A stretch of DNA of 64,000 bases. Source: an uncultured bacterium (GTDB taxonomy: Bacteria > Cyanobacteriota > Vampirovibrionia > Gastranaerophilales > Gastranaerophilaceae). Every line of letters begins with the position of its first letter. The first letter of the stretch is position 1. Under the pieces are notes generated by a model. That model was not told the DNA's origin. It did no database searches and saw nothing but the letters and a program-made list of their open reading frames with translations. Shown in pieces: positions 1-7,950 of the stretch. The translations under genes and the position numbers were made by a program. The stretch covers positions 588 to 64,587 of the forward strand of contig CAISJE010000076.1 of the NCBI GenBank assembly GCA_903885635.1, given 5' to 3'.

Positions 1-6
1 TTAGAA

Positions 7-206
7 ATACTGAAATAGAAAGTGTTATTATTTGCATAATAGGAGAAGTCCAAAATCCCCAGAATTCAAATAGGAAGTTAGAATAGCTTTTCGTAGTTTG
101 TCAATTAGTTGACAACCCCAAATTCAAGTAGAGACAGGTTAAGAGTATCTTAGAATATAATAGCTGTATCGGGTTAACGCCGCACAATTTGGAATAGATA
201 AACTGT
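7..206 (+). repeat. four imperfect direct repeats upstream of the early genes; candidate transposase end-binding sites
   Basis: Copies are TGAAATAGAAAGTG (11-24), AATTCAAATAGGAAGTTAG (63-81), AATTCAAGTAGAGACAGG (121-138) and AATTTGGAATAGATAAACTG (186-205), spaced about 55-65 bp apart. Confidence 0.3.
98..115. promoter_or_regulatory. perfect 7-4-7 palindrome TTGTCAA-TTAG-TTGACAA; candidate operator of the early promoter
   Basis: Read directly; lies about 140 bp upstream of the Ner-like gene. Confidence 0.35.
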
Positions 207-255
207 TTTCTCATTCTAATCGTGCGATAGCTTAAAGTCAGTTAGGATACAAACT

Positions 256-453
256 ATGGGCAAAGAAGATGTTGTAGGTAAAAGCACATTACTGAAGAAA
301 GTCACATTGACAATCCTCGACATCAAAGCCTCCGAAGTTGCCAAAGAATTAAATATCTCAAGAAGTTTCGTGAGTAAGATAATCAATGGCGAAAGAAAAT
401 GTCCTGAGTTTAATTCTTGGTTAGCCCAACAAATTATTAACAACTTAGAATGA
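256..453 (+). CDS. small HTH DNA-binding protein, Ner/Cro-like early regulator
   Basis: 65 aa with an HTH-like segment ASEVAKELNISRSFVSKIINGERK. Sits directly upstream of the transposase, as ner does in Mu. Confidence 0.5.
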   Translation: MGKEDVVGKSTLLKKVTLTILDIKASEVAKELNISRSFVSKIINGERKCPEFNSWLAQQIINNLE

Positions 454-466
454 TGGGTTATTATAA

Positions 467-2425
467 GTGGACAAGAACTTAAATAAAGATAAAATATGGT
501 TATCTCAAGATGAAGCTTCAATTTTGTTGGGCATTAATGTTCAAACTTTAAGGAAAAATTGTAGAAAAGGTTTGTTTTCTTTCCAAATTAAAAAAATAAA
601 CAACAAAATTGTTTATTATGTCTTATTAAATTCTTTACCTTTGAAATATCAAGATAAATACTTCAGTAAAGATGTAATTGATAAAAATGGAATAAATAAC
701 GCCTATTCAGAAGCTCCTGATTGGGCAAAGTTGCAAGCCGAAAAATATTTAATGATTTTGAACCAATGTAAAAATTTATATGGAAGTAAATTAAAAGAAT
801 TTATTGAAAATTGGAATGAAAATAATCCCAATTTAATAACTTCATATCAAAGCATAAACAGAATGAGAAAAAGACTTGAACTATATGGGGTCTCAGGATT
901 ACTTGCCCAATATGGAAAAAATTTCGGTAAAACAAAAATCAAAGAGGAATATTTTAGTTATTTTAAAAACCTCTGCTTGGTCGAAGGTGCTCCCTCATTT
1001 TATTCTTGTTGGGAAATTACAAAAGGATTTGCTATTAGAAATGATGAAATAACAAAAAATGGATTCCCTGGCTACTTAGCCTTTAAAAGAAGATTAGAGC
1101 GTGAAGTGCCAAAACAGGCAATATATCTTGCTCGTTATGGCTATTCAAAATGGAATAAAAAATACGGAACCTATATCGAAAGAGATTATTCAAATATTAT
1201 TTGCGGCACAGTATGGGTTGCCGACCACGCACAAATCGATGTTGCTTGCCTTATGGAGGATGGCAGAGTAGTTTTTCCTTGGGTTACAGCTTGGCGTGAT
1301 TTTAAATCAAGTAAATGGCTTGGTTGGCTTTTACAGCCGGACAATCCAAATTCAGACCATATATTTCAAAGTTTTTATTACAGTGCTGAAGAATATGGAT
1401 TACCTACGGATGTTCTCATCGATAACGGAAAAGACTTTAGATGTAAGGATTTTGCAGGGGGCAGGAAAAGCTTAAAGCTTGAGGTCAATGAAGCAAGAAC
1501 AACATCAATGCTCGCTGAATTAAATGTAAAAGTGCATTTTGCTTTGCCGTATAACGCACAGACAAAACCGATTGAAAGAGATTTCTTAAAAATCAAAGAA
1601 CTTTTATCAAAACATTGTGTTGGCTACAGGGGCGGAAATGTTGTCGAACGACCTGAAAAACTCGCTGATGAAATTAAAAAAGGCAAATTAATTCCTTTTG
1701 ATAAATTCAAAGAAATTTTTGATGATTTTATTGTGAATATTTTAAACAAACGCCCATCTCAGGGTAAGAATTTAAAAGGGTTATCCCCTGATGAATTATT
1801 TAATTCAGAATTCAAAGAAAAAATTACAGTTTCAAAAGATGCCCTAAAGCTTTTCTGTATGAGAACTTCAAGGACTTATACAATCGGCAGAAACGGAATC
1901 AAAGACGGAAGTTTAGATATTACATATTGGGCAGATTGGATGATTTCTAAATATGGTCTAAAAGTTTATCTGAGAAGAGATATAAAAAATTACAAGGAAG
2001 CTTGGGTGTTTCAAGAATCTAATAACGAATTTGTCGAAAAAGCTTATGCAACAAAAGCGATTGTGGCTCTCAATGCCGAAGGGATTTCAAAGGATGAATT
2101 CAAAGAAGCCATCAGTAATAAAAAACGGATTAACAAAGTTGTTCAAGCCTATGCCAAACAAACTCAGGAAATCGGCATTGAAGAACAATGTCAAAATTAC
2201 AAAGCAGCATATTTGAATTCTGCTGCTGAAGCTAATCCAAAAATTTCTAAAATTGCAAATACTAATATGGATAAGGCTGTAAGAAAAAATAGAGAACAAC
2301 AAAAAGTCGGAAAACAAAATCTTTCTATTTTAAAAGATTTTGGAAATACTTCTGAGAAGTTTTATTTATTTGAAACGGATTTATTATTAGAGCAAGAATC
2401 AAAAGGAGTTAAATATGGATATTAG
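467..2425 (+). CDS. Mu-type DDE transposase (MuA-like)
   Basis: 652 aa, GTG start, N-terminal HTH (LSQDEASILLGINVQTLRKNCRKG). Candidate DDE triad in VADHAQID, LIDNGKDF and KPIERDF. Overlaps the downstream MuB-like gene by 11 nt. Confidence 0.85.
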   Translation: MDKNLNKDKIWLSQDEASILLGINVQTLRKNCRKGLFSFQIKKINNKIVYYVLLNSLPLKYQDKYFSKDVIDKNGINNAYSEAPDWAKLQAEKYLMILNQCKNLYGSKLKEFIENWNENNPNLITSYQSINRMRKRLELYGVSGLLAQYGKNFGKTKIKEEYFSYFKNLCLVEGAPSFYSCWEITKGFAIRNDEITKNGFPGYLAFKRRLEREVPKQAIYLARYGYSKWNKKYGTYIERDYSNIICGTVWVADHAQIDVACLMEDGRVVFPWVTAWRDFKSSKWLGWLLQPDNPNSDHIFQSFYYSAEEYGLPTDVLIDNGKDFRCKDFAGGRKSLKLEVNEARTTSMLAELNVKVHFALPYNAQTKPIERDFLKIKELLSKHCVGYRGGNVVERPEKLADEIKKGKLIPFDKFKEIFDDFIVNILNKRPSQGKNLKGLSPDELFNSEFKEKITVSKDALKLFCMRTSRTYTIGRNGIKDGSLDITYWADWMISKYGLKVYLRRDIKNYKEAWVFQESNNEFVEKAYATKAIVALNAEGISKDEFKEAISNKKRINKVVQAYAKQTQEIGIEEQCQNYKAAYLNSAAEANPKISKIANTNMDKAVRKNREQQKVGKQNLSILKDFGNTSEKFYLFETDLLLEQESKGVKYGY

Positions 2426-3293
2426 AGCAGAATTAAAGCTTCTGATGAACGAAAAAAAATACAGCTTTTCAACAGTTGCAAAAGCCACCGGTATTTCTGC
2501 AACAAGCATTAATCTATGGTTGAATGATAATTATAACGGTAATAATGACAAGGTTGCCGATACAATTAACAACTTTATTCAGCGTGAAAAAGAACGTAAT
2601 TTTAAAAGTTTTATTCCATATGTCGAGACCTCAATTGTCAAATATATCCACGAAGTCGCAAAATTATGCCACACAAACGGAGAAATCGGCGTTTGTTATG
2701 GCGAATCAGGTTTGGGAAAAACTGTGGCTGTAAAAGAATATTCTAAACAATATTCCGATGCGATTTTAATCGAGACTGATCCCGGATATAACCCAAAATC
2801 ATTGCTTTGCGAAATGCACAAAAGATTGGGCTTATCAGCGAAAGGAACTTCCTATGCACTTATGGATGAAGTTATCCGAAAATTAAGTAATTCCGGCAGA
2901 TTATTAATTGTAGATGAAGCGGAAAATCTTCCATATAAAGGACTTGAAGTTCTTAGAAGAATTTACGACAAAACTGGTGTTGGAATGCTTTTAGTCGGGA
3001 TGCCGGCTTTGGTTGAAAATTTGCGTGGTAGTCAAAATCAATATAAGCAGCTATATTCAAGAGTTGGATTTTCAAAATCGTTGGACAGACTTTTACCAAT
3101 TGATATATCAAATATTTTAAGCTCACTCAAAGAAAATCAAAAACTTTGTCCAAGTTTCCTTACATACTCCAAAGGAAATACAAGAACACTGGCAAAACTG
3201 ATTTTGAGAGCTCCAAGCGTAGCGAAATACAATAATAAAGAATGTTTGGACACAGAAGTAATTAAACAAACATCGCAGTTAATTATGGTTTAA
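2415..3293 (+). CDS. MuB-like AAA+ transposition ATPase
   Basis: Walker A GESGLGKT, Walker B LLIVDEAENL, N-terminal HTH-like FSTVAKATGISATSINLWLN. Position immediately after the transposase. Confidence 0.8.
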   Translation: MDIRAELKLLMNEKKYSFSTVAKATGISATSINLWLNDNYNGNNDKVADTINNFIQREKERNFKSFIPYVETSIVKYIHEVAKLCHTNGEIGVCYGESGLGKTVAVKEYSKQYSDAILIETDPGYNPKSLLCEMHKRLGLSAKGTSYALMDEVIRKLSNSGRLLIVDEAENLPYKGLEVLRRIYDKTGVGMLLVGMPALVENLRGSQNQYKQLYSRVGFSKSLDRLLPIDISNILSSLKENQKLCPSFLTYSKGNTRTLAKLILRAPSVAKYNNKECLDTEVIKQTSQLIMV

Positions 3294-3304
3294 GGGGCAG
3301 TTAA

Positions 3305-3448
3305 ATGACAAAAATTGAAAAACAATTTTATATTTTTTTAATCGCATTATCTCTGATTACACTTGGGGTTCAAATCGGAATCGCCCATGGCAAAAAATTA
3401 CAAGTTGAAGATATAAGGAACGATTATGAGTACACTTGCACAAATTAA
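3305..3448 (+). CDS. 47-aa single-pass membrane peptide (below the ORF-track cutoff)
   Basis: ATG at 3305 preceded by AAGGGG. Product MTKIEKQFYIFLIALSLITLGVQIGIAHGKK... has one hydrophobic helix. Overlaps the next gene's start. Confidence 0.3.
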   Translation: MTKIEKQFYIFLIALSLITLGVQIGIAHGKKLQVEDIRNDYEYTCTN

Positions 3449-3860
3449 AAAAATTCATACATTAAAAAATGTTCTTCAGCTTGATGATGATTTATACTTT
3501 GATATGCTTATGAGTTTTGGCGTTCAAAGTTCCAAAAATTTGACAACCACCGAAGCAGGAATTTTCTTGGAGATTTTAGAAGAAAAAGCGGTGTTAACAA
3601 ATAAATGGGAAGTCCGAAACAAAAAATATGAAGAATTAACATCCCGAGATGAAGATATGGCTACACCTGCACAATTAAGAATGATTGAAGCAATATGGCG
3701 TGAGGTTTGCTATGTTGATACCCCTGAATTTGCAAAACAATCGCTCAGGAAATTTATACAGAATAAATTTAAAATCGCAGACATTAAATTTTTAACTAAA
3801 AAGAAAGCTGTAAAAGTTATCGGAGCAATATCTGCAATGAAACAGAAATTAATAGGGTGA
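3426..3860 (+). CDS. GemA / Mu gp16-like (DUF1018-type) early protein
   Basis: N-terminal IKKIHTLKNVLQLDDDLYFDMLMSFGVQSSKNLTTTEAGIFLEILE resembles the gp16 family pattern. Position after the MuB-like gene. Confidence 0.5.
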   Translation: MSTLAQIKKIHTLKNVLQLDDDLYFDMLMSFGVQSSKNLTTTEAGIFLEILEEKAVLTNKWEVRNKKYEELTSRDEDMATPAQLRMIEAIWREVCYVDTPEFAKQSLRKFIQNKFKIADIKFLTKKKAVKVIGAISAMKQKLIG

Positions 3861-3901
3861 AGATACACCTTGAGTACATATTAAGTAAAAGGAGACAAGA
3901 A

Positions 3902-4315
3902 ATGACAGGATTAGAAACACTCAAAAGGGAATCATTTGAGACAATTACAGCACTGGAGGCAATGGCGACTATGGAAACAATAACAACTTTAGGAACAATG
4001 ACAGGACTAGACGAAATTAGAAAACGCACTTTAAATACACTGAAAGAAATTAAAAACATCAAAGAACAAGTATTAGATACGAATAAGGTTTTAGAAAAAA
4101 TCTTATTCGTAATAAGAGACGATATCAAAAATTATGAGGACGAATTGATGAATGCAAAAGCCGAATTAGCAGATATTGATTTGCATACGCTTGATTGGCA
4201 TCACAAAGAACCTCGTAAAATTAAATGTAAGGCTCTAGAAGCCAAGATTGAAGAACTATGGCGTAAGGAAAAGCTTGTGTTGAGCTTTTTTCAAGAGGAA
4301 TTAATTAAGGCATAA
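3902..4315 (+). CDS. hypothetical coiled-coil protein (early region)
   Basis: ORF 3857-4315; preferred ATG at 3902 after AAAGGAG. Charged helical sequence. Confidence 0.45.
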   Translation: MTGLETLKRESFETITALEAMATMETITTLGTMTGLDEIRKRTLNTLKEIKNIKEQVLDTNKVLEKILFVIRDDIKNYEDELMNAKAELADIDLHTLDWHHKEPRKIKCKALEAKIEELWRKEKLVLSFFQEELIKA

Positions 4316-4353
4316 TTCTTTAATTAAATACATTACAAAACAGAGGAGTTTTT

Positions 4354-4647
4354 ATGGAATTGGAAACACAAACAAAACCTTGGATGCAAAATATTACGCC
4401 TGAAGATATGCCAAATGATGATTTAAGATTCATTGCCGAAAAAGCAGGACTTAACGCAGCACTCGCATTAATTGTATATACTCCCGGGCTTATCGTTCCA
4501 ATTCCTAAAAATGCCTTTAAGCAGCTTAAAGACAAATATATTTTAAATAATTATAAATGGAATAAATATTCAATGAACGAGTTATCCGTAGAATGTGAGG
4601 TTACGCCAAGATATATTTACAAGTTACTAGAACAAAGAAAATCCTAA
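4354..4647 (+). CDS. Mor/C-like transcriptional activator of middle/late genes
   Basis: 97 aa with C-terminal HTH MNELSVECEVTPRYIYKLLEQR and central GLIVPIPKNAFKQLKDKYI, typical of the Mor family layout. Last gene of the early operon. Confidence 0.5.
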   Translation: MELETQTKPWMQNITPEDMPNDDLRFIAEKAGLNAALALIVYTPGLIVPIPKNAFKQLKDKYILNNYKWNKYSMNELSVECEVTPRYIYKLLEQRKS

Positions 4648-4668
4648 TTCATACTTCCAGCTATTCTT

Positions 4669-4694
4669 AAGCCCTCAATCGAGGGCTTTTTTTT
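4669..4694 (+). terminator. rho-independent terminator ending the early operon
   Basis: Stem AAGCCCTC / GAGGGCTT, loop AATC, followed by a T8 run. Confidence 0.65.
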
Positions 4695-4789
4695 GTCAAA
4701 TAAATAGAGCCTCTTTTGGATAAAGAAGCTCGGTAGTTGTAAGATAAATCATGCTCATGTTAACCATATTTTTCAGATAATGCAAATGC

Positions 4790-5182
4790 TTAACATTGTT
4801 TATTCGTATTTTTAACTTCAATATCAATTATGTGTGTTTCAAAGTCTGGACCCAACGCATTTCCGAACCAATTAAAAGCTGTTCTTAAATCAGACTCAAG
4901 ATTATTCGCCAACCAAATAACGCCCTGTGCCTCTTGGATGGCACATTCAATAACAATACAGCCTAAGTCATATTCATCGCTTTTTTCTTTGTCACATTTT
5001 ACGAAAAATGTCTGATCTAGGATTTCATTTTTAACAATAAAGCCATCATGAACCATTTCGACAGTTTCTAAAACCAGCTTTAGTCCTGTTTTAATTTTCA
5101 GTATGTGGAGGTTATCACGAACCCATTCTTCTAATCCGTAATGCTCGTCAAAATTCGCCATAATTGTTAATTTTTCAGTCAT
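4790..5182 (-). CDS. hypothetical protein, possibly a degenerate NucS/PD-(D/E)xK-like domain
   Basis: ORF 4790-5215 with several candidate starts. LEEWVRDNLHIL...DLGCIVIECAIQE loosely resembles nuclease-fold proteins. Divergent from an XRE gene. Confidence 0.4.
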   Translation of the reverse strand: MTEKLTIMANFDEHYGLEEWVRDNLHILKIKTGLKLVLETVEMVHDGFIVKNEILDQTFFVKCDKEKSDEYDLGCIVIECAIQEAQGVIWLANNLESDLRTAFNWFGNALGPDFETHIIDIEVKNTNKQC

Positions 5183-5280
5183 AAAAAAATACTTCTTTAA
5201 CATTGCTACGAGCAAGATTTTACATTAAAACATTGCTAATAGCAATAGAATTTTATAGAAAAGTGCTATATAAAAGAAGA

Positions 5281-5508
5281 ATGAGTAAAAAAATTAACAA
5301 GCCCTATCATAAAAAAGTTGGTAGTAGGATTAGATTTTATAGAAAAGAAAAGGGTTTAACACAAGAACAATTGAGCTTGGAAATAGGTCATTCAAATTCC
5401 TACATGGCTATAGTGGAAAATGCCCAAAGAGATTTACCTCTATCTCAGATACAAAAAATTGCCAAAGTCCTTGATATAGAGCCATGGCAATTATTAAAGT
5501 TTGATTAA
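5281..5508 (+). CDS. XRE-family HTH regulator (candidate prophage repressor or immunity regulator)
   Basis: KVGSRIRFYRKEKGLTQEQLSLEIGHSNSYMAIVENAQRDLPLSQIQKIAKVL is a canonical XRE HTH. ATG at 5281 preferred over the track start 5203. Confidence 0.7.
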   Translation: MSKKINKPYHKKVGSRIRFYRKEKGLTQEQLSLEIGHSNSYMAIVENAQRDLPLSQIQKIAKVLDIEPWQLLKFD

Positions 5509-5834
5509 AACAAAATTTCTCCAATATATTTTTTCAATCTTTGAACATCGGTTTTAAATTCAACTTCTGCTGCAGAAGCCTTATGTCTATAAGTAACGTG
5601 GTGGCTGAGTCCGTTTGGCGTGTTCATTTCTGAATATGGAATTGAATAAATCAGTTCCCATTTTTCATCTTTCAAAATATATGCCCTTGCGTAGCATTGC
5701 ATATCATAAGAGTCTGATTTGAGTTCGAGCTTTATTCGTTTTTCTTCTAGCTTATAAATTTCTCTAAAATTTATAGATTGAGAACCTTTATAGGTGATTT
5801 TTTCTATTGTTATTTCTTTTATTTTTTTTGACAT
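5505..5834 (-). CDS. hypothetical protein
   Basis: ORF 5505-5861; ATG at 5834 is preceded by AAGGAG. Confidence 0.45.
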   Translation of the reverse strand: MSKKIKEITIEKITYKGSQSINFREIYKLEEKRIKLELKSDSYDMQCYARAYILKDEKWELIYSIPYSEMNTPNGLSHHVTYRHKASAAEVEFKTDVQRLKKYIGEILF

Positions 5835-5918
5835 GGCATTCTCCTTAAATTCTTTATTCATGCGGGTTTAGGATTGGGGCAAATTGGAGCAAAATTATTT
5901 TTTACTCTTCAACTGGAG

Positions 5919-6128
5919 TTATGTTGTCCATCGCTGTGTTATTTTTAATCTTATATCAGATAATACTGAACGATATTCATCTGACCAGCAGGTTCCTGCT
6001 ATTTTGCATGCATATTTAATTGTAAGTACTTTTATTGTATCGCTGTCCAAATTACAAGTTTCACGCAATAATTCAATAGCATTTAAAAATTTTTCTTCTA
6101 GCATAATATTATTTTTTTGAATTTTCAT
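5919..6128 (-). CDS. hypothetical small protein, possibly a frameshifted paralogue of the next gene
   Basis: 69 aa. Its 3' end carries, out of frame, a copy of the C-terminal coding sequence of ORF 6145-6351. Confidence 0.35.
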   Translation of the reverse strand: MKIQKNNIMLEEKFLNAIELLRETCNLDSDTIKVLTIKYACKIAGTCWSDEYRSVLSDIRLKITQRWTT

Positions 6129-6144
6129 TTCATATCTCCTTTAA

Positions 6145-6351
6145 CTAATTTTCAACGGGTGTTATGTTATCCATCGCTATGTTGTATTTTTTACCATTTT
6201 CATCAACGCAGGTTGCGAAGGGTACATCTATAGCTCCGTTTGAACTCCAAAAAGTGTTATCCCAAGTACAGATTAATAAGCCGATTGATTTTGTTTCGTT
6301 GTTAAAAATTTTTGTTCCGTAAAGTAGGTTGCTTTGATTTTTTAGTGTCAT
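6145..6351 (-). CDS. hypothetical small protein
   Basis: ATG at 6351 after AAAGGAG. Preceded by the conserved 71-nt leader at 6378-6448. Confidence 0.45.
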   Translation of the reverse strand: MTLKNQSNLLYGTKIFNNETKSIGLLICTWDNTFWSSNGAIDVPFATCVDENGKKYNIAMDNITPVEN

Positions 6352-6377
6352 AATTTTGTCTCCTTTGTTGTGTATCC

Positions 6378-6448
6378 ACAATCACATTAATCACTCTGTG
6401 TTCCTGTAATTGGAACTCTTTAGGACTATTCTGTATCATTAAGACACA
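6378..6448 (-). promoter_or_regulatory. conserved 71-nt upstream leader, copy 1
   Basis: 52/71 identical to 7561-7631, with near-identical ends (ACAATCACATT.. / ..TTAGACTATTCTG.ATCATT..GACACA) and a divergent centre. Confidence 0.45.
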
Positions 6449-6454
6449 TTAGTT

Positions 6455-6712
6455 TTAACGAATAAATCTTTCTATAAACCACTCACAATTTGCATATGAA
6501 TTAAAATTCCAACGCAGTTCAAAATAAAACTCTGCCTTGTAATCCCTAGTGTCTATTTTAAAAGGCAACAAAAGCCCTCTATTAGCCTCATGTTGCGAGA
6601 AATCAGATATTGCCAAGTCTAGTTCATTAGCAAATTTTGCATTGAACTCGGTGAGAGTAATAACCTTACTCTCACCATTTCTTCTGTTTTTTATTTGTAA
6701 TAAACGATTCAT
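6455..6712 (-). CDS. hypothetical protein
   Basis: 85-aa ORF, same strand as its neighbours and tightly spaced. Confidence 0.4.
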   Translation of the reverse strand: MNRLLQIKNRRNGESKVITLTEFNAKFANELDLAISDFSQHEANRGLLLPFKIDTRDYKAEFYFELRWNFNSYANCEWFIERFIR

Positions 6713-6724
6713 TAAATTGTCTCC

Positions 6725-7540
6725 TTATAAATACTTTGTAAACGTGCTTTTGAACTCTTCAGCCATTCTGATTTGTTCTTTTACTGCGGTTTCCCAATTT
6801 GTTTCTTGAGTAATATCAGCCGAATAAACTTTTCTTATTCTGCTTGATTTTTTACCTTTAAGTTCTTGCCAATCAAGCTCCCCGAGTTGTTTTTCGATTT
6901 TGTCTTTCAATTTTTCCAGTGAATAAAATATTCCTTTATCATTGTTAATCAATAATTCACAGCCGACACAATTTTGTTGAGTATTAATTGTTAATTGAAT
7001 TGAAACCCCTGCTTTACCTATTGGAATATATTGCCAATGTTGAGAGGCAGGTTTTACTTGCATATCGCTTTCAAGGCAGTCGCAAATTTCAAAATATTTT
7101 GTCCAATAATTTAATTGAAGTTGCTTCGTATCCGTTTCTGAATGTCGTTTTGTAATTTTTTGAGGTTGAACGATTGTTTCAAATGCCATTTTATTACCGT
7201 TTAAATAGGCTTTAAATAAGAAAATCCCACAACCTTTTACTAAAAATGAATTCAAGCTTTTAATACTTTGAACCAAGGTTTCTTTTTCATTCGCCACAAC
7301 CCAAACAATAAAGGGAGGTTGTTTGTATTTTTGAATTTCGGCTAATGTACTGATAAGCGTATCCGCACTTTGAGTTAATTCTGCAACTGTAGCAATTACT
7401 TTGCCGTCAGCTTGAGGATAATCCGCTAAAGTTCTAATAATGTCGCCCTTGTCGCAGTCTTTAAAAAAATCTTCAAAGTTTTTTCGGCTTTTGAAAGCCT
7501 GTTCTGCGGTGAGGGATAATGTTTCTGTGGTTTTGTCCAT
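6725..7540 (-). CDS. hypothetical protein with a DUF4268-like C-terminal half
   Basis: C-terminal NYWTKYFE...WQYIPIGKAGVSIQLTINTQQNCVGCELLINNDK...LKDKIEKQLG resembles the DUF4268 pattern as I recall it. ATG at 7540 after TAGGAGAA. Preceded by the conserved 71-nt leader at 7561-7631. Confidence 0.45.
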   Translation of the reverse strand: MDKTTETLSLTAEQAFKSRKNFEDFFKDCDKGDIIRTLADYPQADGKVIATVAELTQSADTLISTLAEIQKYKQPPFIVWVVANEKETLVQSIKSLNSFLVKGCGIFLFKAYLNGNKMAFETIVQPQKITKRHSETDTKQLQLNYWTKYFEICDCLESDMQVKPASQHWQYIPIGKAGVSIQLTINTQQNCVGCELLINNDKGIFYSLEKLKDKIEKQLGELDWQELKGKKSSRIRKVYSADITQETNWETAVKEQIRMAEEFKSTFTKYL

Positions 7541-7560
7541 AATTATTCTCCTATTTTTGT

Positions 7561-7631
7561 ACAATCACATTTATCCCTCGCAATAGCTTTCATTTAAAGT
7601 GTTTTAGACTATTCTGAATCATTTGGACACA
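7561..7631 (-). promoter_or_regulatory. conserved 71-nt upstream leader, copy 2
   Basis: See copy 1. Lies 21 nt upstream of the ATG at 7540. Confidence 0.45.
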
Positions 7632-7645
7632 ATAATTCTGGCAAA

Positions 7646-7936
7646 TTATTTTCTCAAATTTGCGACTATTCCAAGTAAATGATTTGCAAACGATTCAAGA
7701 GCGTTTACACCCTGCTCAAAACAATAATTATCAACATCATTCGGTGTTGTGTTGATTTTGTCTTTCAATTTGAACAGGCTATCGACCGCAGGTTGTGTGT
7801 ATTTTGCAAGGTTTTCGTATAGCTTGGTTATACAATTTGGCACGTTTTTTTGAATCAGATTCATGATAAACGGCTCGATTAATAACCAAATTACGTTTAA
7901 TTTTTTCCAGTTTGTGAGTAATGCTAAAAAGTTCAT
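7646..7936 (-). CDS. hypothetical protein
   Basis: 96-aa ORF; ATG at 7936 preceded by AAAGGAAAAG, immediately downstream of GC-rich element A. Confidence 0.4.
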   Translation of the reverse strand: MNFLALLTNWKKLNVIWLLIEPFIMNLIQKNVPNCITKLYENLAKYTQPAVDSLFKLKDKINTTPNDVDNYCFEQGVNALESFANHLLGIVANLRK

Positions 7937-7950
7937 AGTGCTTTTCCTTT

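Noticed and set aside
20-29. AAGTGTTATT occurs at 20-29 and again at 31606-31615, a possible att core or target duplication delimiting the prophage.
   Set aside because: Mu-type transposition gives 5-bp duplications. The implied termini share no inverted repeat, and a 10-mer match in AT-rich DNA can arise by chance.
216-521. Numerous track ORFs that lie antisense to, or in alternative frames within, well-supported genes. Examples: 216-521, 1378-1596, 2087-2317, 2524-2733, 3817-4128, 4320-4535, 8066-8368, 9470-9688, 12096-12365, 15508-15828, 16372-16782, 17234-18308, 21369-21710, 21448-21651, 22808-23163, 24670-25191, 26276-27003, 28116-28678, 29137-29403, 33821-34120, 43017-43340, 45811-46142, 52408-52626, 54766-55068, 55344-55797 and 60817-61140.
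   Set aside because: They are shadow ORFs in AT-rich DNA. They overlap genes with clear motifs or synteny, give low-complexity translations and lack an RBS.
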